This document shows, piece by piece, positions 55,771 to 64,000 of a stretch of 64,000 bases of DNA. How positions within the stretch are numbered: position 1 is the first letter of the stretch; every line of letters starts with the position of its first letter. The notes beneath the pieces were generated by a model. That model worked only from the letters and a program-made list of their open reading frames with translations. It did not search any database and was not told the origin of the DNA. Made by a program: the position numbers and the translations under genes. This DNA comes from an uncultured Methanosarcinales archaeon (GTDB lineage Archaea; Nanobdellota; Nanobdellia; Woesearchaeales; DSVV01): assembly GCA_964452935.1 (NCBI GenBank), contig CAYVNO010000005.1:8558-72557 (forward strand). Direction: 5' to 3'.

Positions 55771-56287
55771 AGAAAAGATAAGAACAATACCACATTATCC
55801 TAAACAAGGAATAATGTTTAGAGATATAACAACTTTATTAAAAGACGCACAAGGAATGAGAAAAGTAGTCGATGAACTAGTCCAAAGATATACTGGCGCA
55901 CCTATCGATGTCATATGCGGAATAGAAGCAAGAGGTTTTATTCTCGGCGGTGCACTAGCACATCAACTAGGTATGGGTTTTGTGCCAATAAGAAAAAAAG
56001 GAAAACTACCAGCAGAAACAATCTCTCATGAGTATGAATTAGAATATGGAACAGATTGTGTTGAAATCCATAAAGATGCAATAGCTGAAGGAAGTAATGT
56101 ACTGATTGTAGACGATTTAGTGGCCACTGGGGGTACCGCGACAGCTGCAGCAAAACTAGTCGAAAAACTAGGCGGCAAAATTGTAGAACTGTCATTTATA
56201 GTTGATCTCCCAGAAGTTGGAGGCAGAAAAAAACTAGAGGAACAAGGATATAAGGTATTTTCATTGGTAGAATTCGAGGGAGAATAA
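55760..56287 (+). CDS. apt: Adenine phosphoribosyltransferase
   Basis: [21 protein letters not shown] and PRPP motif [13 protein letters not shown]. The start is chosen at MSIKEK. Confidence 0.88.
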   Translation: MSIKEKIRTIPHYPKQGIMFRDITTLLKDAQGMRKVVDELVQRYTGAPIDVICGIEARGFILGGALAHQLGMGFVPIRKKGKLPAETISHEYELEYGTDCVEIHKDAIAEGSNVLIVDDLVATGGTATAAAKLVEKLGGKIVELSFIVDLPEVGGRKKLEEQGYKVFSLVEFEGE

Positions 56288-56803
56288 TTAACTAAGAACT
56301 CCAATAAAATCTAAATCCCTGTGCATTCCTTCATAGTCTAAACCATAACCAACAATAAACTTATCTGGAATAACAAACCCGTTATAATCTATTTTAACAT
56401 CAAACTTTCTTTTATCTTTTTTATCTAATAATGCACAGATCTTAACACTCTCTGCACCACTATCAATCAAATCCTTTTTCAAAACATTCAACGTCAACCC
56501 TGTATCAATGATATCTTCAACAACTAAAACATCTTTTCCTTTCACTCTTTTACTAATCCTTAACTCATAATTTAATTTACCAGTACTCTCTGTTCCTTCA
56601 TAACTACTAACCTTTACAGCAGTAAAATCAACATTAACTCCTTCTTTCTCTAAAGCTCTCCTCAAATCCTTAAAAAAAACAATCGCTCCTGTTAGAACAA
56701 TCAAACAATAAACATTATCACCATAATCCTTTTTTATCTGCAGAGCTAACTCTTTCACTTTCTCCTTGATTTTTTCTTTAGAAATAAACTCTTTTATTTG
56801 CAT
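56288..56803 (-). CDS. hpt: Hypoxanthine(-guanine) phosphoribosyltransferase
   Basis: VSSYEGTESTGK, VLVVEDIIDTGLTL, and FIVGYGLDYEGMHRDL. Confidence 0.88.
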   Translation of the reverse strand: MQIKEFISKEKIKEKVKELALQIKKDYGDNVYCLIVLTGAIVFFKDLRRALEKEGVNVDFTAVKVSSYEGTESTGKLNYELRISKRVKGKDVLVVEDIIDTGLTLNVLKKDLIDSGAESVKICALLDKKDKRKFDVKIDYNGFVIPDKFIVGYGLDYEGMHRDLDFIGVLS

Positions 56804-56840
56804 AAATTCCCAATTATTAATTGATATAAAAAGTTATTGA

Positions 56841-58595
56841 TCAAGGAACCTTTGCAACATATTCTATTGGTCCAACAGGTTCTTCTACACTAGGTTCCTC
56901 ATCCCACTCATCTTCTTCAAACCTACACAACATCTGACTATGGTGTATTGGTGCCCCTCCACCAACTCTAAGTCGTTGAACTCCAGGTCTTCTACTATCT
57001 AAATCTACTACAGAAAATGAATTAGCTCTATGAGTATCTTCTGGCACAGTATAATCTCCTTCTCTACAATAACTAGAATGTGCAAACCCTGTCTCCAACT
57101 CATCACTAATTCTTGAAGGATTTGTCTCAGGAACAGAACTAACTCCTTCTTCAACAGGAGTTAAACCAACACAATCATAATTTAACATCCTAGCTCTCAT
57201 CTCAAATGATAACTCATCCTTACTAGGCAAATAAACATTAGTTGTTTCTCCAGTATATCTTCCATCTCCATCAATAATCATCAAATTAGGTAAATAAACT
57301 CCTTCTCTACCAATAAACTCATCCATAACTCTGACAGCTGCCCCATACTCATCACTAGTCGCCTTCCCTAAGGGTTCATATCCTTCCAAAACATTTCCAT
57401 CCCAAGTTGCTAAAGTTAAACTATGATTATACTCTTCATCAAATATATCTGTTAAACCTGTCGGCGTTAAAACAACTTTCCCACCGCCATGTTTTGCATT
57501 CATTGCATATGTGGGAAGAGCAGTACCTGATAAAACTCCTCTTAACCCTTGCGTTAATCTCTGTCCAAGTTGAACAGGAGTCACAAAATGAGGTAAACCA
57601 GCCTCATTATGACACTGGAAAACATAATAAGGTTTAACACCTGCATCATGAAACAATCTACTTTGAGTTAAAGCTAAAGTTTCAAAATCTGCATTAACAT
57701 GATTTAATAATACTGTCTGATTTAAAACAGAATAACCTCTCATCTTCATCCTTCTAACAGCTCCCACAAAATCCTGAGTAACTTCATGATAATGATTAAC
57801 ATGAGTCATAAAATAAACATTCTTAGGAGAATCAGACGAATAACCAACAGTATTATCAATTATATCCAACATTTCATCTGTTACACTCATCGGTGCAACA
57901 ACCGGAGCTCTAGTCGCAATTCTAACAGACTTAACATGATCGATCTTTCCAATCTCACCTAAAATAAAAGATAATCTCTCCTCACTAACACCAAGAGCAT
58001 CACCGCCAGTTACTAACACCTCTTTAATATTTGGATTAACAGAAATATAATACAATCCTTGTCTAATATCTTTATCACCAACACCATTATTCGCATCAAG
58101 AGAACTCCTTCTCTGACAATGTCCGCAATAAGAATAACATGTCCTATTATCCCCAACAAATAACGCAACCCTATTTGGATATCTTTGATATGCTGCACCA
58201 AAACTTCTATTCTTCTCATCCATTAACTCTTCCATGCCTGCATTTGGTAATAGGGATGGATCTCCTGTGGGTGTAGGAACAGATAACCAAAAGACAGGAT
58301 CTAATTTATCATCCAAAGACTCACCATCAGAATAAGTGGGATTAAATGGATCTTCAGCCATTAACATTGCATAATAAGGAGTTATTCTAAGAAGATGTTT
58401 TCCATCTTTTTTTGCATCATCAACAATTCCATCAACTACTTCTCTTTGATGTTCTGTTAATTTAATAACTTCTGCAAGAGTATCAACATCTGTGATAGAA
58501 TTAATTCTTTGCCATCTTGGATCATTCCACTGTTCTTCAGAAACATCTTTCCATCTAGGAATAGTTTTATAATCTCTTGGTTCAAATAAAGACAT
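56841..58595 (-). CDS. KamA-family radical SAM aminomutase-like protein with long C-terminal extension
   Basis: RITPYYAMLM, radical SAM cluster CYSYCGHCQRR, and VLVTGGDAL. About 200 extra C-terminal residues have no motif. The start is chosen at MSLFEPRDY. Confidence 0.75.
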   Translation of the reverse strand: MSLFEPRDYKTIPRWKDVSEEQWNDPRWQRINSITDVDTLAEVIKLTEHQREVVDGIVDDAKKDGKHLLRITPYYAMLMAEDPFNPTYSDGESLDDKLDPVFWLSVPTPTGDPSLLPNAGMEELMDEKNRSFGAAYQRYPNRVALFVGDNRTCYSYCGHCQRRSSLDANNGVGDKDIRQGLYYISVNPNIKEVLVTGGDALGVSEERLSFILGEIGKIDHVKSVRIATRAPVVAPMSVTDEMLDIIDNTVGYSSDSPKNVYFMTHVNHYHEVTQDFVGAVRRMKMRGYSVLNQTVLLNHVNADFETLALTQSRLFHDAGVKPYYVFQCHNEAGLPHFVTPVQLGQRLTQGLRGVLSGTALPTYAMNAKHGGGKVVLTPTGLTDIFDEEYNHSLTLATWDGNVLEGYEPLGKATSDEYGAAVRVMDEFIGREGVYLPNLMIIDGDGRYTGETTNVYLPSKDELSFEMRARMLNYDCVGLTPVEEGVSSVPETNPSRISDELETGFAHSSYCREGDYTVPEDTHRANSFSVVDLDSRRPGVQRLRVGGGAPIHHSQMLCRFEEDEWDEEPSVEEPVGPIEYVAKVP

Positions 58596-58709
58596 TAGAT
58601 CACCTTCTTTTTTTATATTATTTATATATAAACCCATTAATAAAGACTATACCTAATTTTCTTTGTAAAAACGTAAGTTTTATATAAAACAACTACAATA
58701 ATACAAAGT

Positions 58710-59696
58710 ATGTCCAAAAATCTAAAGAAAACTGAAATTTCAATAATAAAACAATTAGAACTAAATTCAAGAACATCTTTCTCAACTATTGGTAAAAAAA
58801 CAAGAATGTCTCAACAAAGAATTAGTTATCTAACAAACTCGTTAATAAAAAAAGGAATAATACAAAAATTCTTCACATTAATAGACTATTCAAGACTAGG
58901 ATTAATTGGATTCAGAGTTTATTTCAGAATTAATTATATCAACGAAACCGAATTTAATAAATTAATAAAATTCTTTGTCTCTCACCCACACACATACTGG
59001 ATCAAAGGTTGTTCTGGAAGATACGACTTAATTTGTACATTCCTTGCATCAAATGTCTCACAATTTAATAAAATACTAAGAAAAATAATGGAAAAATTTC
59101 CCACTCAACTACAAAATTATACAATCCTAACAACAGTTGTCATAAGATTCTTTGGAAAAAAATACCTATTTGGAGGAATCTCAAAAATTCCTCAAATAAT
59201 CCTTGGAGAAGATCGACCACCTGAAAAAATAGATGAAATAGATCTAAAAATTCTCCATCATCTTTCAAATGACACCAGAATAAGTTCTGTAAAGCTTGCA
59301 GACTCATTATCACTAACACCAAAAACAGTAATCAACAAAATAAACCTTCTGCAAGAAAGAGAAATCATAAAAGGATTTAGAACTTTAATCGACTCAAGAG
59401 ATATACAAAGAATGTCTATGATTCTCTTAATCAAATATCACAACATATCTACTAAACTAGAGAATAAACTAATCAACTATCTAAAAGTCCACCCAAATAT
59501 AACTTGTATTGTAAAGACATTAGGAGAATGGGATATCGAAATCATGATAACAACTAAAGATACACGCCAATTTAGAAAGGTAGAAAGAGAGATAAGACAA
59601 GAATTTGCATTATTAATACAACACATTGAAAGCATTCCAATGGAAAAAACCTACAAATTAAGCTATTTTCCTGAATTTATGTTACAATATCCATAA
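58710..59696 (+). CDS. Tandem-duplicated Lrp/AsnC-type regulator
   Basis: Two HTH plus RAM units: IIKQLELNSRTSFSTIGKKTRMSQQRISYLTNSLIKKGII and DLKILHHLSNDTRISSVKLADSLSLTPKTVINKINLLQEREII. Confidence 0.75.
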   Translation: MSKNLKKTEISIIKQLELNSRTSFSTIGKKTRMSQQRISYLTNSLIKKGIIQKFFTLIDYSRLGLIGFRVYFRINYINETEFNKLIKFFVSHPHTYWIKGCSGRYDLICTFLASNVSQFNKILRKIMEKFPTQLQNYTILTTVVIRFFGKKYLFGGISKIPQIILGEDRPPEKIDEIDLKILHHLSNDTRISSVKLADSLSLTPKTVINKINLLQEREIIKGFRTLIDSRDIQRMSMILLIKYHNISTKLENKLINYLKVHPNITCIVKTLGEWDIEIMITTKDTRQFRKVEREIRQEFALLIQHIESIPMEKTYKLSYFPEFMLQYP

Positions 59697-59832
59697 CCTT
59701 TATAAATGACCTATAATTTGTTGTTTCTACGTGATATGAAGAAAACAAGGCTATAGGTGCTCTATGAGCATGCTGAAATTGATTCCGCGGCCTTTAAAAT
59801 TCATAATAACCTTTAATAGAGGAGGAATAATA

Positions 59833-60450
59833 ATGGTAAAGATTCATGATGCTCCACAGCAGTTATTGATAGAGAATATGGCTGTAGAACTAAGAAAAAC
59901 AGGTAAAATTACTCCACCAGCATGGGCTGATTTTGTAAAAACAGGTTCAGGTAAGGCCAGAGTCCCAGATAGGGGGGATTGGTGGTATGTAAGATCTGCA
60001 GCAGTTCTTAGAAAAGTAGCACTATTAGGACCAATTGGGGTTTCAAAACTAAGAACCAAATTTGGCGGTAAAAAAAGAAGAGGTCATCAACCTCCAAAAT
60101 TTAGAAAAGGTTCAGGAGCAATATTAAGAAAAGTATTACAACAATTAGAATCAGCAGGTTTAGTAAAAAAACAAGAAAAATCTGTATACAAAGGAAGAAT
60201 ATTAACACCAGCAGGTCAAAAATTAATAGATGCAACAGCTAAAACAGTGAAACCAAAACCGGCTGAAAAGAAGCCAGAACCAAAACCAAAGGTTGAAGTA
60301 AAGGTGGAAACAAAAGAAGAAAAGCCAGTAGAGACACCAAAACCAAAAGAAGAAAAACCAGCAGTAAAAGAGGCACCAAAGGTTGAAAAACCAGTAGAAA
60401 CACCAAAACCAGTTGAAGTAAAACCAAATCCAGAAGAAAAAAATGGATGA
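59833..60450 (+). CDS. rps19e: 30S ribosomal protein S19e with Lys/Glu/Pro-rich C-terminal extension
   Basis: VKIHDAPQQLLIENMAVELRK...PAWADFVKTGSGKARVPDRGDWWYVRSAAVLRK. GGAGG lies before ATG 59833. The tail is KPKPAEKKPEPKPKVEVKVETKEEKPVETPKP... Confidence 0.9.
   Translation: MVKIHDAPQQLLIENMAVELRKTGKITPPAWADFVKTGSGKARVPDRGDWWYVRSAAVLRKVALLGPIGVSKLRTKFGGKKRRGHQPPKFRKGSGAILRKVLQQLESAGLVKKQEKSVYKGRILTPAGQKLIDATAKTVKPKPAEKKPEPKPKVEVKVETKEEKPVETPKPKEEKPAVKEAPKVEKPVETPKPVEVKPNPEEKNG
60385..60412 (+). repeat. 28-nt block shared by the S19e and L31e tails
   Basis: gaaaaaccagtagaaacaccaaaaccag is identical at 60385..60412 and 61433..61460. A second near-identical unit, gaagaaaagccagtaga(g/a)acaccaaaa, is present in both genes. 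Confidence 0.9.
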
Positions 60451-60751
60451 GTTAGAACAACTAAGACAAAAACGTTTAGCAGAATTACAACAATCAAAAC
60501 AAACAGAAACACAAAAACAAGCTGAAATGCAGCAACAAATCCAACAGCTTGAACAAATAGTTAAACAAAAACTAACAAAAGAAGCATTGTCAAGGTACGG
60601 CAACATAAGAATTGCTCACCCAGATATTGCATTACAGTTAATAGCTGTTTTAGCACAGCTAAACAAAAATAAAATAAATGATGACGAACTCAAGGAAATA
60701 TTAATGAAAGTCATCCCAAAAAAAAGAGAAATAAAAATTAAGAGAAAATAA
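60443..60751 (+). CDS. PDCD5/TFAR19-like dsDNA-binding protein
   Basis: LRQKRLAELQQ...LTKEALSRYGNIRIAHPDIALQLIAVLAQL. It sits in the usual position between S19e and L39e. Confidence 0.8.
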   Translation: MDELEQLRQKRLAELQQSKQTETQKQAEMQQQIQQLEQIVKQKLTKEALSRYGNIRIAHPDIALQLIAVLAQLNKNKINDDELKEILMKVIPKKREIKIKRK

Positions 60752-60752
60752 C

Positions 60753-60773
60753 AAAAAACTCTTTGAGTTTTTT
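60753..60773 (+). terminator. Hairpin plus T-run after the PDCD5-like gene
   Basis: AAAAAACTC-ttt-GAGTTTTTT gives a 9-bp stem ending in T6, starting 2 nt after the stop. Confidence 0.4.
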
Positions 60774-60872
60774 GGGATGTCAAAGGCTCAAGCTTTTGAC
60801 TTACGCATGGAACCAATGTTTCATTGGTAGAATAAGTATATAAAAATTTCGGAGAAATTATTAATAACAAAA

Positions 60873-61046
60873 ATGGCAAGATTCACACACTTAAGCAGAA
60901 AATTAAGATTAGCAAAACTAGGACGAAGAACTAAATGGGCCCCTTTTTGGACAGTTCCAAAAATATATGGCCCAGGAAGAAGAGTTCATCCAGGAAGACA
61001 CACAGCTGTTAAAAGGCACTGGAGAAGAACTAAAACAAAGGCATAA
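60873..61046 (+). CDS. rpl39e: 50S ribosomal protein L39e (not in the supplied ORF track)
   Basis: Hand translation gives MARFTHLSRKLRLAKLGRRTKWAPFWTVPKIYGPGRRVHPGRHTAVKRHWRRTKTKA. An AAGTATATAAAAA box lies upstream. Confidence 0.9.
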   Translation: MARFTHLSRKLRLAKLGRRTKWAPFWTVPKIYGPGRRVHPGRHTAVKRHWRRTKTKA

Positions 61047-61048
61047 AA

Positions 61049-61540
61049 ATGGCAGAGAAAAAAATAGAAAGAACTTATAATATTCCATTAAGAACTGAAT
61101 TTCTTAAGGTTCCAAAGTATAAAAGAACCAATAAAGCAGTCAGAGCTGTAAGAAATTTCTTAATCAAACATATGAAATGTGAAAAGATTGTTCTAGGACA
61201 ATTTATTAACAAAGAGTTATGGAAACATGGGATTAAGAACCCGCCACATCACCTAAAAGTTAATGTTGTAAAAAAAGATGGTAAAGTTTATGCAGAATTA
61301 TTTGGTAAAAAACTGGAAACAGGAGAAAAGAAAGAGGTAAAGAAAAAACCTCAAACGGCTGTTGATAAAGTAAAAGATGCATTGGCAGGAAAAGAAGAAA
61401 AAACAGAAGAAAAGAAAGAAGAGAAAAAAGAAGAAAAACCAGTAGAAACACCAAAACCAGAACCTAAAGTAGAAAAACCAAAACCAGTTGAGAAAAAAGA
61501 AGAAAAGCCAGTAGAAACACCAAAAACAGCAGACAAATAG
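61049..61540 (+). CDS. rpl31e: 50S ribosomal protein L31e with Lys/Glu/Pro-rich C-terminal extension
   Basis: ERTYNIPLRTEFLKVPKYKRTNKAVRAVRNFLIKHM...NVVKKDGKVYAEL, then a tail of about 75 aa (EEKKEEKKEEKPVETPKPEPKVEKPKPVEKKEEKPVETPK). Confidence 0.88.
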   Translation: MAEKKIERTYNIPLRTEFLKVPKYKRTNKAVRAVRNFLIKHMKCEKIVLGQFINKELWKHGIKNPPHHLKVNVVKKDGKVYAELFGKKLETGEKKEVKKKPQTAVDKVKDALAGKEEKTEEKKEEKKEEKPVETPKPEPKVEKPKPVEKKEEKPVETPKTADK

Positions 61541-61575
61541 AAATCTTTTTATAAACCAACCACTTCTTCTACAGT

Positions 61576-61947
61576 ATGTCAAAAAAAATCATCCTAATCG
61601 CAGATGATGAACCATATATATTAGAATTAATAAGACTAAGTCTTGGCGAAGATGAATATGATTATATGGAAGCTACAAACGGCCAAGAGGTTTTAGATTT
61701 AGTAAAAGAAAAGAAACCAGATCTAATACTTTTAGACATAATGATGCCTGGCCTAGATGGTTACGAAGTTTGCAGAAGACTTAAACTAAATCCAGACACA
61801 GAAAACATAACAATCGCAATGGTTTCAGCTAAAAAAGAGGACCAAGATATCCTAACTGGGATTGATAAGGGGGCCATAGCTTACATTACTAAGCCTTTCA
61901 AACCAATTGAATTACAAGAAAAGGTTAAAGAATTACTAAATGTTTAG
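61576..61947 (+). CDS. Stand-alone CheY-like response-regulator receiver domain
   Basis: IADDEP, phospho-acceptor context DLILLDIMMPGLDG, MVSAKK, and ITKPF. Confidence 0.85.
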   Translation: MSKKIILIADDEPYILELIRLSLGEDEYDYMEATNGQEVLDLVKEKKPDLILLDIMMPGLDGYEVCRRLKLNPDTENITIAMVSAKKEDQDILTGIDKGAIAYITKPFKPIELQEKVKELLNV

Positions 61948-61958
61948 AGGGAATCAAA

Positions 61959-62345
61959 ATGAAGAGAATTATATTTGCACTATTCATGCTTGTCTTACTT
62001 ACAGCATGTACAGTTGAAACACAAACAGAACAAGAATCACAAGACTTCCAAACAGAAGAAGCAGTTGAAGAAATAAGTACAAATTATTTATCACATTCAA
62101 TAAGGATAACTAACAATGGTGTTGATCCAACAAGAATATCTGCAGTTGAAGGAGATCTATTACTTCTAGAAGTAACAAACACAGCAGATGAAGAAATTAG
62201 ATTCCAAATAGAAGCACAAAACATTGACAGGATTATACACAAAGGAAACACAGACACAATTACTATTAGAATGAACAGACAAGGGTCATTTGAATACGGA
62301 GATTTTTCAAAATCATCTGCAAAAGGAAATCTAATTATTAACTAA
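61959..62345 (+). CDS. Lipobox-bearing cupredoxin-fold-like secreted protein
   Basis: Signal peptide LVLLTAC. EGDLLLLEVTNTADEEIRFQIE...GNTDTITIRMNRQGSFEY resembles the cupredoxin_1 topology. No obvious Cu ligands are present. Confidence 0.5.
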   Translation: MKRIIFALFMLVLLTACTVETQTEQESQDFQTEEAVEEISTNYLSHSIRITNNGVDPTRISAVEGDLLLLEVTNTADEEIRFQIEAQNIDRIIHKGNTDTITIRMNRQGSFEYGDFSKSSAKGNLIIN

Positions 62346-62710
62346 GGTGCAGGTAAATTATAAGTTACATCAGGCACAGGAGAAAACATATGACCTGAAA
62401 CAGTTCCATAATGCACATGCACTAAATCTCCTTCTCTTCTTAATAAATCTCTTTTTCCATCTCCATTGATATCTACTTTCTTATCCACACCATCCCAAGC
62501 AGGAGTTGGAATATGAACTTCTTCACCTAACCCATTAAATCTAACGTAAAAATCAAAAAATCCTTCCGCATATCTATCATTAGTAATCCTGTACACATCA
62601 TCAATACCATCTCCATTCACATCTAACTGTATAAGCTCATCTGCTGCAGCTCTCTCAACCCCAAAAGCCGCCATTAAAGCAGCAACAGTTGCACATAATC
62701 TAATTCCCAT
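62342..62710 (-). CDS. Secreted FG-GAP/VCBS-like Ca-binding repeat protein
   Basis: Signal peptide and two DxNGDGxxD loops (DVNGDGIDDV, DINGDGKRDL). Confidence 0.6.
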   Translation of the reverse strand: MGIRLCATVAALMAAFGVERAAADELIQLDVNGDGIDDVYRITNDRYAEGFFDFYVRFNGLGEEVHIPTPAWDGVDKKVDINGDGKRDLLRREGDLVHVHYGTVSGHMFSPVPDVTYNLPAP

Positions 62711-62711
62711 T

Positions 62712-63986
62712 TTAACAAAATTCCCCCAAACCAGTCTGTTTTTGTTTTACTTCAACCTTCTCATCTTTTCTTCTATCTTCTTCAGAAAATAAGGGTTCAC
62801 CATAAACACCATCATAACCTGGTTGAACTTCTATCTTCTGTTCTCTATTTTTAATAATAATCTCAGCCAACTTTTCGTCAACAACTCTCTTCAAATCTTC
62901 AAAAGGAACATTCAACAAAATATTATTCTCATTATTAAAACTCTTAATTAATTTATCATATTCTCCCCAAACTTTTTTTGTTGCAATCCCTGCTTTCAAA
63001 AAACCAGCAACACATTCTGATAACGGAATTAAATTCTTAAAATCAGGAGCATCATTCTTAACAAAACCTTCTGGCCTATCAGCTAACTCTTCAATCCTAT
63101 GTGCAACACCAATTGTTAACTGCTTTCCACAAACAGGACACATCTTATTTAATTTCATCGCCTCTTTTGGATCTAAACAAACATTGCACTTTCTATGTCC
63201 ATCAAAGTGATACTTTCCTTCATGCGGCCAGAATTCCATCGTACTCTTTAACCCATCACCTGTTCTTATGGCTTTTAATAAATCTTTATAACTCTCATTA
63301 ATATCAAAAACAGTTGCTTCTCTCCCAATTCTCCAGGGCCAGAACGAGTGCAAGTCGGAGAAACTAACTAATTGGTATTTATCTAACTGACTTAATCTCC
63401 AATTCATTGCAGGATCAGAGCTCAAACCTGTTTCCATCGCATGAATATGTTTTGTCTGATCTTTAAAACAATCCTCAACTTTATTGAATTGATTATAATC
63501 TCCAAATAAAGAAAAGTGTGGTGTCCAAATGTGCGCAGGAATAATCTCAATATCTTCACTTATGTTTCTCATCATCTCAACAAATTCTGGACAAGGTATT
63601 TTAAAAATTGGTCTTCCATCATAATCTATTCTTCCTCTTTTCAGTAATTCATCTGTTATCTGTTTAACAGAATCTAAATCAGGAGCTAAAACAACATTAT
63701 GGATCCTTCTTCCTTTTCCATCTTGAGAATATATTAAAGAAAGCTCTGTTTGTAACACAAAATTAAACCCAGATGGAGTCTTCAAAAAACCACTTCCATC
63801 CTCTTTCAAAAATCCTTTAATCTCTTCGATCCACTTAGGATGTGTAAAATCACCTGTACCTAATAGGTTAACTCCCTTCATTCTAGCATATTTTTCAAGA
63901 TTAGCCAACGTAAGCTCAGTAGAACATCCTCTAGAATATTTCCCATGTATATGTAGATCTGAGACAAATTGCATAAAGAATTGCAT
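62712..63986 (-). CDS. endoQ: Endonuclease Q-like protein (PHP domain plus zinc finger; TIGR00375 family)
   Basis: VSDLHIHGKYSRG, LLGTGDFTHPKW, and Zn finger CPVCGKQLTIGVAHRIEELADR. Its length of 424 aa matches my recollection of the archaeal enzyme. Confidence 0.7.
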   Translation of the reverse strand: MQFFMQFVSDLHIHGKYSRGCSTELTLANLEKYARMKGVNLLGTGDFTHPKWIEEIKGFLKEDGSGFLKTPSGFNFVLQTELSLIYSQDGKGRRIHNVVLAPDLDSVKQITDELLKRGRIDYDGRPIFKIPCPEFVEMMRNISEDIEIIPAHIWTPHFSLFGDYNQFNKVEDCFKDQTKHIHAMETGLSSDPAMNWRLSQLDKYQLVSFSDLHSFWPWRIGREATVFDINESYKDLLKAIRTGDGLKSTMEFWPHEGKYHFDGHRKCNVCLDPKEAMKLNKMCPVCGKQLTIGVAHRIEELADRPEGFVKNDAPDFKNLIPLSECVAGFLKAGIATKKVWGEYDKLIKSFNNENNILLNVPFEDLKRVVDEKLAEIIIKNREQKIEVQPGYDGVYGEPLFSEEDRRKDEKVEVKQKQTGLGEFC

Positions 63987-64000
63987 TTGAGTTAATATAT

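Noticed and set aside
59720-59800. Possible C/D-box sRNA upstream of S19e (GTGATATGA ... CTGA).
   Set aside because: The C box does not match RUGAUGA, and no convincing C'/D' pair or terminal stem is present.
60216-61582. Cluster of minus-strand ORFs (60216..60606, 60239..60427, 61260..61582, 61351..61536) rich in Phe/Leu/Trp/Cys.
   Set aside because: They are the reverse complement of the Lys/Glu/Pro repeat tails of S19e and L31e. The open frames are a by-product of the repeats.

Overview
AT-rich, gene-dense archaeal chromosome fragment. Archaeal markers are ribosomal proteins L15e, S19e, L39e and L31e, aIF1A, TFB, a PDCD5-like protein, EndoQ and Rad50. The proteome is mostly Lys/Ile/Asn-rich, spacers are short and many start and stop codons overlap. 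This fits a small-genome DPANN-type archaeon, but that placement is inference.

Layout:
- 0-5.6 kb: metal/thiol locus with a P1B-ATPase, SAM methyltransferase, membrane wHTH regulator, DsbA-like protein, Cys-rich membrane protein and cysteine desulfurase.
- 5.7-20.8 kb: putative integrated element. It carries a catalytic-domain-only tyrosine recombinase and an N6-type DNA methylase convergent with a three-gene nuclease-like operon (DUF2779, DUF4365, unknown). It also carries a Dcm/endonuclease/Vsr module and a minimal type-IV-secretion-like module (VirB2-like pilin, VirB6-like membrane protein, VirB4-like ATPase). Two lipoprotein paralogs interrupt that module.
- An exact 16-nt element, GTATTACCTTCTCCGA, precedes three operons of this element at a fixed distance.
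- 21-31 kb: regulators (TrmB, Lrp, TFB, two RHH proteins), a stand-alone GGDEF diguanylate cyclase (unusual for an archaeon), a HAD hydrolase, a triple DsbA-like protein, and a tRNA-Tyr with an insertion in the D-loop.
- 31-47 kb: housekeeping genes, including Rad50, a dTMP-synthesis cluster with a fused double ThyX, ROK kinase, PGI/PMI, L15e, SppA and aIF1A.
- 47-52 kb: two tandem giant cadherin/Ig-repeat surface proteins.
- 52-64 kb: orphan ATP-grasp-like operon, purine salvage genes, a KamA-like radical SAM enzyme, and the S19e-PDCD5-L39e-L31e cluster with shared Lys/Glu/Pro tails followed by a CheY-like receiver, then EndoQ.

No rRNA gene or CRISPR array was seen. The best candidate for a novel system is the integrated element with its Ced/Ted-like transfer module, shared promoter element and uncharacterised nuclease operon.
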